Source: a virus (taxonomy: Duplodnaviria; Heunggongvirae; Uroviricota; Caudoviricetes). Taken from it: a stretch of DNA of 7,121 bases. The stretch is taken from IMG/VR virus record IMGVR_UViG_2579778929_000007, one strand, 5' to 3'. Both the position numbers and the translations under genes were made by a program. The number at the start of each line of letters is the position of its first letter. Within the stretch, counting starts at the first letter, position 1. Below, piece by piece: positions 1 through 6,566 of the stretch. Under the pieces are notes generated by a model. It ran no database searches. It was not told where the DNA came from and saw nothing but the letters and a program-made list of their open reading frames with translations.

Positions 1-306
1 GAAGAACTGACTGACATTCGCGACACACTGAATACGGCAATTGATAAGGAGTTGTCCCGTACAACCAGCGATGCGCTGTTTCTGGCGCTGCGCCGGGTGA
101 AAGCAGATCTGAATGCGGATATCAACACGCGCCTTGAACAGTCTGCACGGATCATTCAGCGCACACCGGATGAGGTTTTACCCGCGCTGGTGCTGGCGGC
201 GACCTGGTTTGATAACGCGACGCGTGACGCGGACATTATCCGGCGTAATGCCATTACGCATCCCGGCTTTGTGCCGGTGATCCCTCTGAAGGTGCCAGTG
301 CAATGA
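1..306 (+). CDS. C-terminal fragment of the tail-module protein that precedes the baseplate hub (the position occupied by the Mu gpN/gp43-type DNA circularisation protein); 5' end lies outside the window
   Basis: Frame 1 is open from base 1 (the ORF track starts it at an internal TTG at 52) and runs to TGA at 304-306. That stop overlaps the ATG of the next gene (ATGA at 303-306), indicating coupling to the hub gene. Product assigned by synteny only. Confidence 0.5.
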   Translation, partial: EELTDIRDTLNTAIDKELSRTTSDALFLALRRVKADLNADINTRLEQSARIIQRTPDEVLPALVLAATWFDNATRDADIIRRNAITHPGFVPVIPLKVPVQ

Positions 307-1382
307 ACGACAATGTCACGCTACGGGTAAATGGCCGGGAGTGGAATGGCTGGACATCGGTGCGCATCGGTGCCGGTATTGAACGGCTGGCGCGGGATTT
401 CAGTGTGGAGATCACCCGCCAGTGGCCGGGAGATGAGGGTATCACCACGCTTCAGCCGCGCATTAAAAACGGTTCAAAAGTGGAAGTGCTGATTGGTGAT
501 GAGCTGGTGATCACCGGCTGGGTGGAGGCGACTCCCGTTCGTTACGATGCCCGTTCGGTCAGCACCGGTATTGCCGGACGTAGTCTGACCGCTGACCTGA
601 TTGACTGTGCAGCCGAACCGACACAGTTTAACGGACGATCGCTGGTACAGATTGCGCAGGCGCTTGCTGCGCCTTTCGGCATTGAGGTGGTGAACAGCGG
701 TGCGCCGTCGGGTGTTATTCCTGATGTCCAGCCTGATCACGGTGAAACGGTGATTGAGGTAATCAACAAAATACTCGGTCAGCAGCAGGCACTGGCTTAC
801 GACGATCCGCACGGCAGGCTGGTGATTGGCGGTATTGGCTCAACGCGGGCACATACCGCGCTGGTACTTGGGGAAAACATCCTTTCCTGTGATACGGAGA
901 AGAGTATCCGGGAGCGGTTTTCTGTTTACCAGGTGGCGGGGCAGCGTGCCGGAAACGACGATGATTTCGGTGAGGCCACCACCACCGCGCTGCGGGCCCG
1001 CACAGAGGACGCATTTATTGCCCGTTACCGTCCGATGTATATCAGGCAGACAGGGCAGGCTACGGGGGCAGGCTGTATTGCGCGTGCTGACTTTGAAGCC
1101 CGGCAACGGGCGGCGCGGACGGATGAAACCACCTATGTGGTGCAGGGCTGGCGACAGGGTAACGGTACGCTGTGGCAACCCAACCAGCGGGTGATTGTCT
1201 TTGATCCGGTCTGTGGTTTTGACAATACCGAACTGCTTGTTTCGGAAGTCACGTTTACTCAGGACCAGAACGGCACCCTGACGGAAATCCGTGTCGGCCC
1301 GCCTGATGCTTATCTGCCTGAACCTGAAGACCCCGGCGCGCGGAAAAAGAAAAAAGCCAGAGTACAGGAGGCCCCGTTCTGA
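303..1382 (+). CDS. Baseplate hub protein, Mu gpP/gp44-like (P2 gpD late-control-D family)
   Basis: 359-aa ORF in the co-directional tail string, high GC, start overlaps the upstream stop. Size and position match the hub protein of Mu-type baseplates. Ends in a lysine-rich tail (ARKKKKARVQEAPF). Family call is from recall and synteny, not a search. Confidence 0.7.
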   Translation: MNDNVTLRVNGREWNGWTSVRIGAGIERLARDFSVEITRQWPGDEGITTLQPRIKNGSKVEVLIGDELVITGWVEATPVRYDARSVSTGIAGRSLTADLIDCAAEPTQFNGRSLVQIAQALAAPFGIEVVNSGAPSGVIPDVQPDHGETVIEVINKILGQQQALAYDDPHGRLVIGGIGSTRAHTALVLGENILSCDTEKSIRERFSVYQVAGQRAGNDDDFGEATTTALRARTEDAFIARYRPMYIRQTGQATGAGCIARADFEARQRAARTDETTYVVQGWRQGNGTLWQPNQRVIVFDPVCGFDNTELLVSEVTFTQDQNGTLTEIRVGPPDAYLPEPEDPGARKKKKARVQEAPF

Positions 1383-1930
1383 TGAGGACGATTGAAGCCA
1401 TGCAGCGACAACTTCTCGGCCTGATTGGGCGGGCAGTGGTGAAAAGCATCAGTGCCGCCACGAAATGTCAGACCGTGGATGTGTCCCTGATTGCCGGTGA
1501 ACCCAAAGCCGGGGTTGAACATCTTGAACCCTACGGTTTTACCGCAAGGGCAAACAGCGGTGCGGAAGCGGTGGTGTTGTTTCCGGATGGCGACCGTTCT
1601 CATGCGGTGGTTGTTACGGTGTCGGACCGGCGCTACCGCCTGAAAGGGCTGCATACGGGGGAGGTGGCTGTCTATGACGATCAGGGGCAGTCCGTGACGC
1701 TGACCCGGGAGGGGATCGTGGTGGACGGTGCAGGTAAAACGATCACGTTTCGCAATGCGCCTAAGGCTCGTTTTGAAATGGACCTGGAAGTGACCGGACA
1801 GGTGAAAGACCTGTGCGACTCCACCGGCACCACCATGTCAGCGATGCGGCTTGCCTATAACGGGCATCGTCACAGAGAGAACGGTCAGGGCAGTAACACC
1901 GACAAACCTGATAAAGCGATGGAGGCATGA
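1382..1930 (+). CDS. Baseplate spike/assembly protein, Mu gp45-like (P2 gpV family)
   Basis: 182-aa ORF. ATG at 1382 overlaps the hub stop (TGATG at 1380-1384). GGAGG at 1367-1371 upstream. Size and position are typical of gpV-like spike proteins following the hub. Confidence 0.65.
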   Translation: MRTIEAMQRQLLGLIGRAVVKSISAATKCQTVDVSLIAGEPKAGVEHLEPYGFTARANSGAEAVVLFPDGDRSHAVVVTVSDRRYRLKGLHTGEVAVYDDQGQSVTLTREGIVVDGAGKTITFRNAPKARFEMDLEVTGQVKDLCDSTGTTMSAMRLAYNGHRHRENGQGSNTDKPDKAMEA

Positions 1931-2355
1931 TGGAACTGTGGCTGACGGTGAACGGTAAACGCACCTGCGCCAGCGCACCGCTGGATCCGCTGACCCGTGC
2001 CGTGGTGATTTCCCTGTTCACCTGGCGGCGGGCTGAACCTGATGACAATGCCGACGTCCCGATGGGATGGTGGGGGGATACCTGGCCTGCGGTACAGAAT
2101 GACCGTTACGGCTCCCGACTGTGGCTGCTTCAGCGCAGCAAACTGACCAATCAGCTGGTGCAGACGGTAAGGGGATATATCCGCGAATGCCTGCAATGGA
2201 TGATTGATGACGGCGTAGTGTCCCGTATTGATCTGGATATCCGCCGCACCGGGATTAATGAGCTGGGTAACAGTATCACCCTCTGGCGTCGTGACGGACC
2301 GGTAATGATTTCTTTTGATGATCTGTGGAGTGCGATAACGCATGGCGGACAGTGA
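1927..2355 (+). CDS. Baseplate protein, Mu gp46-like (GP46 family)
   Basis: 142-aa ORF. Overlaps the previous stop (ATGATG at 1927-1932). GGAGG at 1921-1925 suggests the second ATG at 1930 may be the real start. Position between the spike and the baseplate J-like gene. Confidence 0.6.
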   Translation: MMELWLTVNGKRTCASAPLDPLTRAVVISLFTWRRAEPDDNADVPMGWWGDTWPAVQNDRYGSRLWLLQRSKLTNQLVQTVRGYIRECLQWMIDDGVVSRIDLDIRRTGINELGNSITLWRRDGPVMISFDDLWSAITHGGQ

Positions 2356-3400
2356 ATTTCAACGCCCGACGCTGGCAGAAAATATCAGTATGCTCCGTAA
2401 CGATTTATTCGCCAGGCTGGACGTCAGCGACACGCTCCGGCGCATGGATGAAGACGTGCGGGCAAAGGTGTATGCGGCGGCGCTGCATACGGTTTACGGT
2501 TACATCGATTATCTGGCAATGAACATGCTGCCTGACCTGTGCGATGAGTCCTGGCTGGCGCGACATGCTGCGATGAAACGGTGTCCGCGCAAGGGGGCCA
2601 CGTCTGCCAGCGGGTATATGCGCTGGGAAGGTGTCAGCGATGGCCTGAAGGTGACCGCCGGGAGTGTTATTCAGCGCGATGACCTGGTTCAGTACACGGC
2701 AACTTCTGATGCAACCAGCTCCGGTGGTGTCCTGCGCGTGCCGATCGCCTGCTCAACTGCAGGCGCGGTCGGTAACGCTGACGACGGTACGGCATTAATC
2801 CTGGTCACGCCGGTGAATGGTCTGCCGTCTTCCGGTGTGGCAGATACCCTGACTGGCGGATTCGATACTGAAGATCTGGAAACGTGGCGCGCCCGCGTCA
2901 TTGAGCGGTATTACTGGACGCCGCAGGGCGGGGCTGACGGGGACTATGTCGTCTGGGCTAAAGAAGTGCCCGGCATTACCCGCGCATGGACATACCGTCA
3001 CTGGATGGGAACGGGAACTGTCGGTGTGATGATTGCCAGCAGTGACCTGATTAATCCCATTCCGGAAGAATCAACGGAAACGGCGGCAAGACAACACATT
3101 GAGCCACTGGCCCCGGTGGCAGGCTCTGATTTGTATGTGTTCAGGCCGGTGGCGCATACGGTGGATTTTCATATCCGCGTGACGCCGGACACACCGGAAA
3201 TACGGGCTGCCATTACCGCAGAGTTGCGTTCATTCCTGCTGCGTGATGGTTATCCGCAGGGAGAGCTGAAGGTATCGCGTATCAGTGAAGCGATTTCCGG
3301 TGCGAACGGGGAATACAGCCATCAGTTGCTTGCTCCGGCGGACAATATCTCCATTGCAAAAAATGAACTGGCGGTTCTGGGGACGATTTCATGGACGTGA
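2342..3400 (+). CDS. Baseplate J-like protein, Mu gp47-like (P2 gpJ family; JayE-like)
   Basis: 352-aa ORF overlapping the upstream gene by 14 nt, with GGAG about 11 nt upstream. Size and position are those of the baseplate wedge J-like protein. Confidence 0.7.
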   Translation: MADSEFQRPTLAENISMLRNDLFARLDVSDTLRRMDEDVRAKVYAAALHTVYGYIDYLAMNMLPDLCDESWLARHAAMKRCPRKGATSASGYMRWEGVSDGLKVTAGSVIQRDDLVQYTATSDATSSGGVLRVPIACSTAGAVGNADDGTALILVTPVNGLPSSGVADTLTGGFDTEDLETWRARVIERYYWTPQGGADGDYVVWAKEVPGITRAWTYRHWMGTGTVGVMIASSDLINPIPEESTETAARQHIEPLAPVAGSDLYVFRPVAHTVDFHIRVTPDTPEIRAAITAELRSFLLRDGYPQGELKVSRISEAISGANGEYSHQLLAPADNISIAKNELAVLGTISWT

Positions 3401-3975
3401 CAAACGATGATTACATCCGTCTGTTGTCGGCACTGCTGCCGCCCGGTCCGGCGTGGTCAGCCAGCGATCCGGCGATTGCCGGTGTGGCACCGTCATTAAC
3501 CCGCGTTCATCAGCGTGCGGATGCCCTGATGCGGGAGCTGGATCCGTGCACCACCACTGAACTGATAAACCGCTGGGAGCGTCTGTGCGGTCTGCCGGAT
3601 GAATGTATTCCCGCAGGGACACAGACCCTTCGCCAGCGTCAGCAACGGCTGGATGCGAAGGTTAACCTGGCGGGCGGCATCAACGAGAATTTTTATCTTG
3701 CACAGCTTGCTGCCCTGGGCAGACCAGATGCCACCATCACGCGATACGACAAAAGCACGTTCACCTGCTCATCGGCCTGTACTGACGCTGTGAACGCGCC
3801 TGAATGGCGGTATTACTGGCAGGTCAACATGCCAGCCGCCACCAACACCACCTGGATGACATGTGGCGATCCCTGTGATTCCGCACTGCGTATCTGGGGC
3901 GACACAGTTGTCGAATGTGTGCTTAACAAACTCTGCCCGTCGCATACCTACGTAATTTTTAAATATCCGGAGTAA
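3391..3975 (+). CDS. Tail protein, Mu gp48-like (DUF2313; P2 gpI analogue; YmfQ-like)
   Basis: 194-aa cysteine-containing ORF overlapping the upstream gene by 10 nt. It sits immediately before the tail-fibre gene, as in Mu and e14-type modules. Confidence 0.65.
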   Translation: MDVTNDDYIRLLSALLPPGPAWSASDPAIAGVAPSLTRVHQRADALMRELDPCTTTELINRWERLCGLPDECIPAGTQTLRQRQQRLDAKVNLAGGINENFYLAQLAALGRPDATITRYDKSTFTCSSACTDAVNAPEWRYYWQVNMPAATNTTWMTCGDPCDSALRIWGDTVVECVLNKLCPSHTYVIFKYPE

Positions 3976-3978
3976 TCC

Positions 3979-4281
3979 ATGCATCGTATAGACACGAAAA
4001 CCGCGCAGAAGGATAAGTTCGGCGCGGGTAAGAACGGTTTTACCCGTGGTAACCCCCAGACCGGCACGCCTGCCACCGATCTGGATGATGACTACTTTGA
4101 CATGTTGCAGGAGGAGCTTTGCAGCGTTGTGGAGGCCTCCGGTGCCAGCCTGGAGAAGGGGCGGCATGACCAGCTGCTTACCGCGCTTCGTGCGCTGCTG
4201 TTAAGCCGCAAGAATCCGTTTGGCGATATCAAATCGGATGGCACGGTGAAAACGGCTCTCGAAAACCTTGCTTTAAGATGA
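3979..4281 (+). CDS. stf: Side tail fibre, constant N-terminal (baseplate-attachment) part; in this orientation terminated at TGA four codons after the crossover dinucleotide, giving a 100-aa product
   Basis: ATG at 3979 with GGAG at 3969-3972 (6-nt spacing). The reading frame runs through the candidate crossover site and stops at 4279-4281 (…TALENLALR*). Inversion would replace the last three codons with the glycine-rich tip in frame (see findings). Confidence 0.75.
   Translation: MHRIDTKTAQKDKFGAGKNGFTRGNPQTGTPATDLDDDYFDMLQEELCSVVEASGASLEKGRHDQLLTALRALLLSRKNPFGDIKSDGTVKTALENLALR
4256..4281. other. Candidate invertase crossover site 1 (hix/gix/pix-like, 26 bp), central dinucleotide TT at 4268-4269
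   Basis: CTCTCGAAAACC-TT-GCTTTAAGATGA. The AAAACC..GxTTTA arrangement around a 2-bp core resembles known Hin/Gin-family sites. It lies exactly at the end of the fibre constant region. Confidence 0.6.
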
Positions 4282-4370
4282 GAGTAGTAAACCCCTGTCC
4301 CGACGCCATGATACTATCGACTCATGACTCCTGAGTGTGTACCATTAACACAAAAAAATTGAGGTACATA

Positions 4371-5453
4371 ATGAAAAAAGTATTGATAGTTAGCTTGGTG
4401 GGCATCGGAGATCACTTATTATCACGAGTATTCATGAAATCACTCCGCGATGATGAAAAATATAAGCACGCTAAATTCACCTTGCTTGGCAACACTGCAT
4501 TCAAAGATTTTTCTCTCAAGTTTGATATGAATATATTTAATCATTTCATTTGGGTTGATTGTAATAAGGTTACTCCTTATGTGCAAACCAAAGAGAGCAC
4601 ATATACTAAGATTAAAAATAAAGCCATCAGGTTTTACATCAGAAATTTAATTAAGCACTCAAATTTCGATGAGATTATAGTTCCAGATTGGTGGGGTGCG
4701 TCAACTACTTTGCGTGTTACTCCATTTATCTCTAGTGTGAGGGATAGAGCCATCATCAATGGTATGAATATACCTGACCATCAAAGGGAGTTTTTTGGCT
4801 ATTCCACAAAGCCGGATATTGATTTTTCAAAGCATGTCCTGGATATGAATAAAGAGTTTTTCTCTGAGATTATACCATTTCCTAAATTCGAAGTTGAAAT
4901 TCCACTAAAAAATAAAAATAAAGACAGTGGCAAGATTGATATTTGCATTTCACTGGGAGCCTCTGCGCCTTTTAAAAAATACCCTGTATTACAATTAGCA
5001 AATGTAATAAACAGCATATCATCTTCATACAATGCCAATTTTAAAATCATTGGCTCCAATGATGAAATTTCAGATTACAATGTTCTTATTGAGCATATCG
5101 ATAACAAGGATATTGTAGCAGGTTTTGTTGGAAGGACTACATTATCTGAGTCGTGCGATATTGTTCTTTCATCTGAACTTTTGATTGCAAACGACACAGG
5201 CATGTTCCATGTTGGTGCTCTGGCAGGGATTAAAACTGTTTGTATTTCGAATGGTACTGGTTTGCATGCATTTGTGCCATACCCTGAGGAATTTTCGAAC
5301 TGTATTACGGTTTTCCCACCAGAGATACAAAACAAGGTAGGCACAAAAGATTTTATAAATGCACATGGCTGGTCTGGCTCAGCAATTCCGATGTCGAATA
5401 TATCACCAGACGATGTTCTTGCGGCTTGTTATAAATTGCTAAATAAAAAATAG
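4371..5453 (+). CDS. GT9-family glycosyltransferase (ADP-heptose:LPS heptosyltransferase-like, GT-B fold); substrate unknown
   Basis: The N-terminus KKVLIVSLVGIGDHLLS resembles the first Rossmann strand and G-x-GD motif of GT9 enzymes. The C-terminal LLIANDTGMFHVGALAGIKTVCISNGTG resembles the conserved GT9 donor-binding segment. GAGG at 4361-4364 is 6 nt before ATG 4371. The ORF track starts it at an in-frame GTG at 4335. Strongly AT-rich, by eye about 30% GC against more than 55% in the flanks. Confidence 0.65.
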   Translation: MKKVLIVSLVGIGDHLLSRVFMKSLRDDEKYKHAKFTLLGNTAFKDFSLKFDMNIFNHFIWVDCNKVTPYVQTKESTYTKIKNKAIRFYIRNLIKHSNFDEIIVPDWWGASTTLRVTPFISSVRDRAIINGMNIPDHQREFFGYSTKPDIDFSKHVLDMNKEFFSEIIPFPKFEVEIPLKNKNKDSGKIDICISLGASAPFKKYPVLQLANVINSISSSYNANFKIIGSNDEISDYNVLIEHIDNKDIVAGFVGRTTLSESCDIVLSSELLIANDTGMFHVGALAGIKTVCISNGTGLHAFVPYPEEFSNCITVFPPEIQNKVGTKDFINAHGWSGSAIPMSNISPDDVLAACYKLLNKK

Positions 5454-5463
5454 ATGAAGTAAT

Positions 5464-5859
5464 TCAAGCTGGCTTTTCCGGCCAGCTAATCTCTGCATTA
5501 GTGTTAGCGTCAATCCTGCTCAGCAATACCCGGTATTGCTTCCACAATGGCAGCGCTACGGTTTCTGCATCTGTCGCCATACTCAAATCAACAGCATCCT
5601 GTAAAACGCTAATCTGTTGTGTCGCCTCACTCATCAGTGCGTTTTTTGTAGCCAGATTATTGGCTATTTTCTGCTGTTTTGCTGCCTCAAGTTCTTTATT
5701 AGTTGGCGGTGGCGCACTAAAAACATCGTTATCGTAATGCCAGCCGATACCAACACCATCGGTAGAGAGAATGGCACTTGCTGATTCAGGCCACTCTGAC
5801 TCGCCATCCCAGATAACAATATTTTCTACGATACCATTTTTGATAATTGCATAGTTCAT
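5464..5859 (-). CDS. tfa: Tail fibre assembly protein (Tfa chaperone; Mu gpU / e14 TfaE-like)
   Basis: 131-aa ORF. The C-terminus …LSMATDAETVALPLWKQYRVLLSRIDANTNAEISWPEKPA matches the conserved C-terminal motif of Tfa chaperones. Its ATG directly abuts the TAA of the fibre tip ORF (TAAATG on the - strand), with GGAG 9 nt upstream. Confidence 0.8.
   Translation of the reverse strand: MNYAIIKNGIVENIVIWDGESEWPESASAILSTDGVGIGWHYDNDVFSAPPPTNKELEAAKQQKIANNLATKNALMSEATQQISVLQDAVDLSMATDAETVALPLWKQYRVLLSRIDANTNAEISWPEKPA
5467..5487. terminator. Hairpin between the convergent glycosyltransferase and chaperone genes; possible bidirectional terminator
   Basis: AGCTGGC (5467-5473) pairs with GCCAGCT (5481-5487) around a short T-rich loop. 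It lies between the stop at 5451-5453 (+) and the stop at 5464-5466 (-). No clean U-tract on either strand. Confidence 0.3.
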
Positions 5860-6498
5860 TTACGCATACTCCAAAATAATAATCACGCCAGCATTGCCCG
5901 GGTTGCCGTTGACATTCTGCGCCCCACCACTGGTTGCAGCGCCATTACCACCAGCACCATACCCACCAGGGCCAGAAATAAAGCTACCGCCGCCAAGTCC
6001 GGAACCTACAGTCCCTCCGACTGCTGTTGGGGTTGCCATCACACCGGGCAGCCCGGCGTACCCGTTGCACAAAAGGGCACCCACGGTCGAAGTGCCACCC
6101 TGACCGCCCATGCCACATGACGCAGAGGAACCTGACGCGGTGCAGCCGTTGCCTGGCTGGCCTCCACCTGCTGAGAGATAAGAGCCAAAAGTCGTCGTGC
6201 CGCCCTGTGTACCATTGGTTATCGTCGACGCAATACCGCCATTACCACCCGCACCAATCGTGACAAGCACGGTTGATATCGCAGACAGGTTAAAGAGACC
6301 GCGTGCCATTCCACCGCCACCACCACCGCCACCCGCTGCGTTATAGTTTCCTGTGGAAGTTGCCCAGCCGCCGCCCCCACCGCCCCCAATAGCGATGACA
6401 TCCGCGAACATTGCTCCGGGGGTTTTGGTGTAAGTGCCAGACGTCTTGATTATCTGCATGCCAATCAGACGGCCGACTGCGCCGTTATTTACTAAACC
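5860..6498 (-). CDS. stf: Tail fibre C-terminal variable (receptor-binding) cassette, glycine-rich; not fused to the fibre N-terminus in this orientation
   Basis: The - strand frame is open from the crossover core down to TAA at 5860-5862. Translation is rich in poly-Gly runs (…AIGGGGGGGW…AAGGGGGGGGM…). The first 14 codons of the tracked ORF (6499-6540) lie outside the segment and are probably not a genuine start. Directly followed by tfa. Confidence 0.75.
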   Translation of the reverse strand, partial: GLVNNGAVGRLIGMQIIKTSGTYTKTPGAMFADVIAIGGGGGGGWATSTGNYNAAGGGGGGGGMARGLFNLSAISTVLVTIGAGGNGGIASTITNGTQGGTTTFGSYLSAGGGQPGNGCTASGSSASCGMGGQGGTSTVGALLCNGYAGLPGVMATPTAVGGTVGSGLGGGSFISGPGGYGAGGNGAATSGGAQNVNGNPGNAGVIIILEYA

Positions 6499-6512
6499 AA
6501 CGTTTATGAAAA
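6487..6512. other. Candidate invertase crossover site 2 (inverted relative to site 1), central dinucleotide AA at 6499-6500
   Basis: ATTTACTAAACC-AA-CGTTTATGAAAA. Its reverse complement aligns with site 1 at about 15 of 26 positions by hand alignment, concentrated around the core (AAAC.TTG.TTTA). It sits 55 bp upstream of the invertase ATG. Confidence 0.6.
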
Positions 6513-6566
6513 TGCAGAAATAACGAGCAAATGGCATCATTCCTGCTTTTGTCAGGGAGAGCTACC

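Larger units (their letters stand above)
4268..6500. other. Candidate invertible DNA segment (about 2.2 kb) between the two crossover cores; carries a glycosyltransferase gene on one strand and a fibre tip plus chaperone on the other
   Basis: Inverted crossover sites at both ends with complementary core dinucleotides (TT and AA on the + strand). A serine invertase gene is immediately adjacent. Exchange at the cores gives an in-frame fibre fusion. Confidence 0.65.

Noticed and set aside
1341-1358. A-rich tract near the hub/spike gene junction as a programmed -1 frameshift site
   Set aside because: In the hub reading frame the A-runs do not form a canonical X-XXY-YYZ slippery heptamer. The downstream spike gene has its own start and Shine-Dalgarno, so no frameshift is needed to explain expression.
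254-2343. Numerous - strand and alternative-frame ORFs (254-448, 474-812, 763-1014, 826-1194, 840-1178, 1255-1461, 1310-1654, 1761-2048, 1885-2343) overlapping the baseplate genes
   Set aside because: They lie antisense or out of frame to a continuous, translationally coupled gene string in GC-rich DNA, where long spurious ORFs are expected. They have no ribosome-binding sites and their translations are Arg/Pro-rich with no recognisable domains.
2325-4167. ORFs 2325-2522 (+), 2689-2901 (-), 2795-3001 (-), 3389-3622 (-), 3599-3793 (+), 3769-4167 (-)
   Set aside because: Embedded in or antisense to the J-like, gp48-like and fibre genes. Same reasoning as above.
4335-4370. GTG at 4335 as the glycosyltransferase start
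   Set aside because: No Shine-Dalgarno upstream, and the added residues (MCTINTKKLRYI) precede a canonical GAGG-ATG start at 4371. Kept as a possibility in the findings.
4799-5366. - strand ORFs inside the glycosyltransferase gene (4799-5059, 5075-5344, 5169-5366)
   Set aside because: Antisense to a well-supported CDS in AT-rich DNA, with no RBS or recognisable features.
5501-6401. + strand ORFs 5501-5737, 5894-6103, 6027-6263 and - strand ORF 6219-6401
   Set aside because: Antisense or out-of-frame readings of the chaperone and glycine-rich tip genes. The proline-rich translation of 5894-6103 is the expected mirror of Gly codons.
6499-6540. ATG at 6540 (- strand) as the start of the glycine-rich ORF (MMPFARYFCIFINV…)
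   Set aside because: These codons lie outside the invertible segment, in the invertase upstream region, and have no properly spaced Shine-Dalgarno. The ORF makes biological sense only as the C-terminal cassette fused to the fibre N-terminus at the crossover core.
6531-6566. Upstream ATG at 6531 as the invertase start (MASFLLLSGRAT…)
   Set aside because: Serine invertases of this family start at MLIGYV…. The ATG at 6567 has a well-spaced GGGAGAG, whereas 6531 lies only 19 bp after the crossover site with no RBS.
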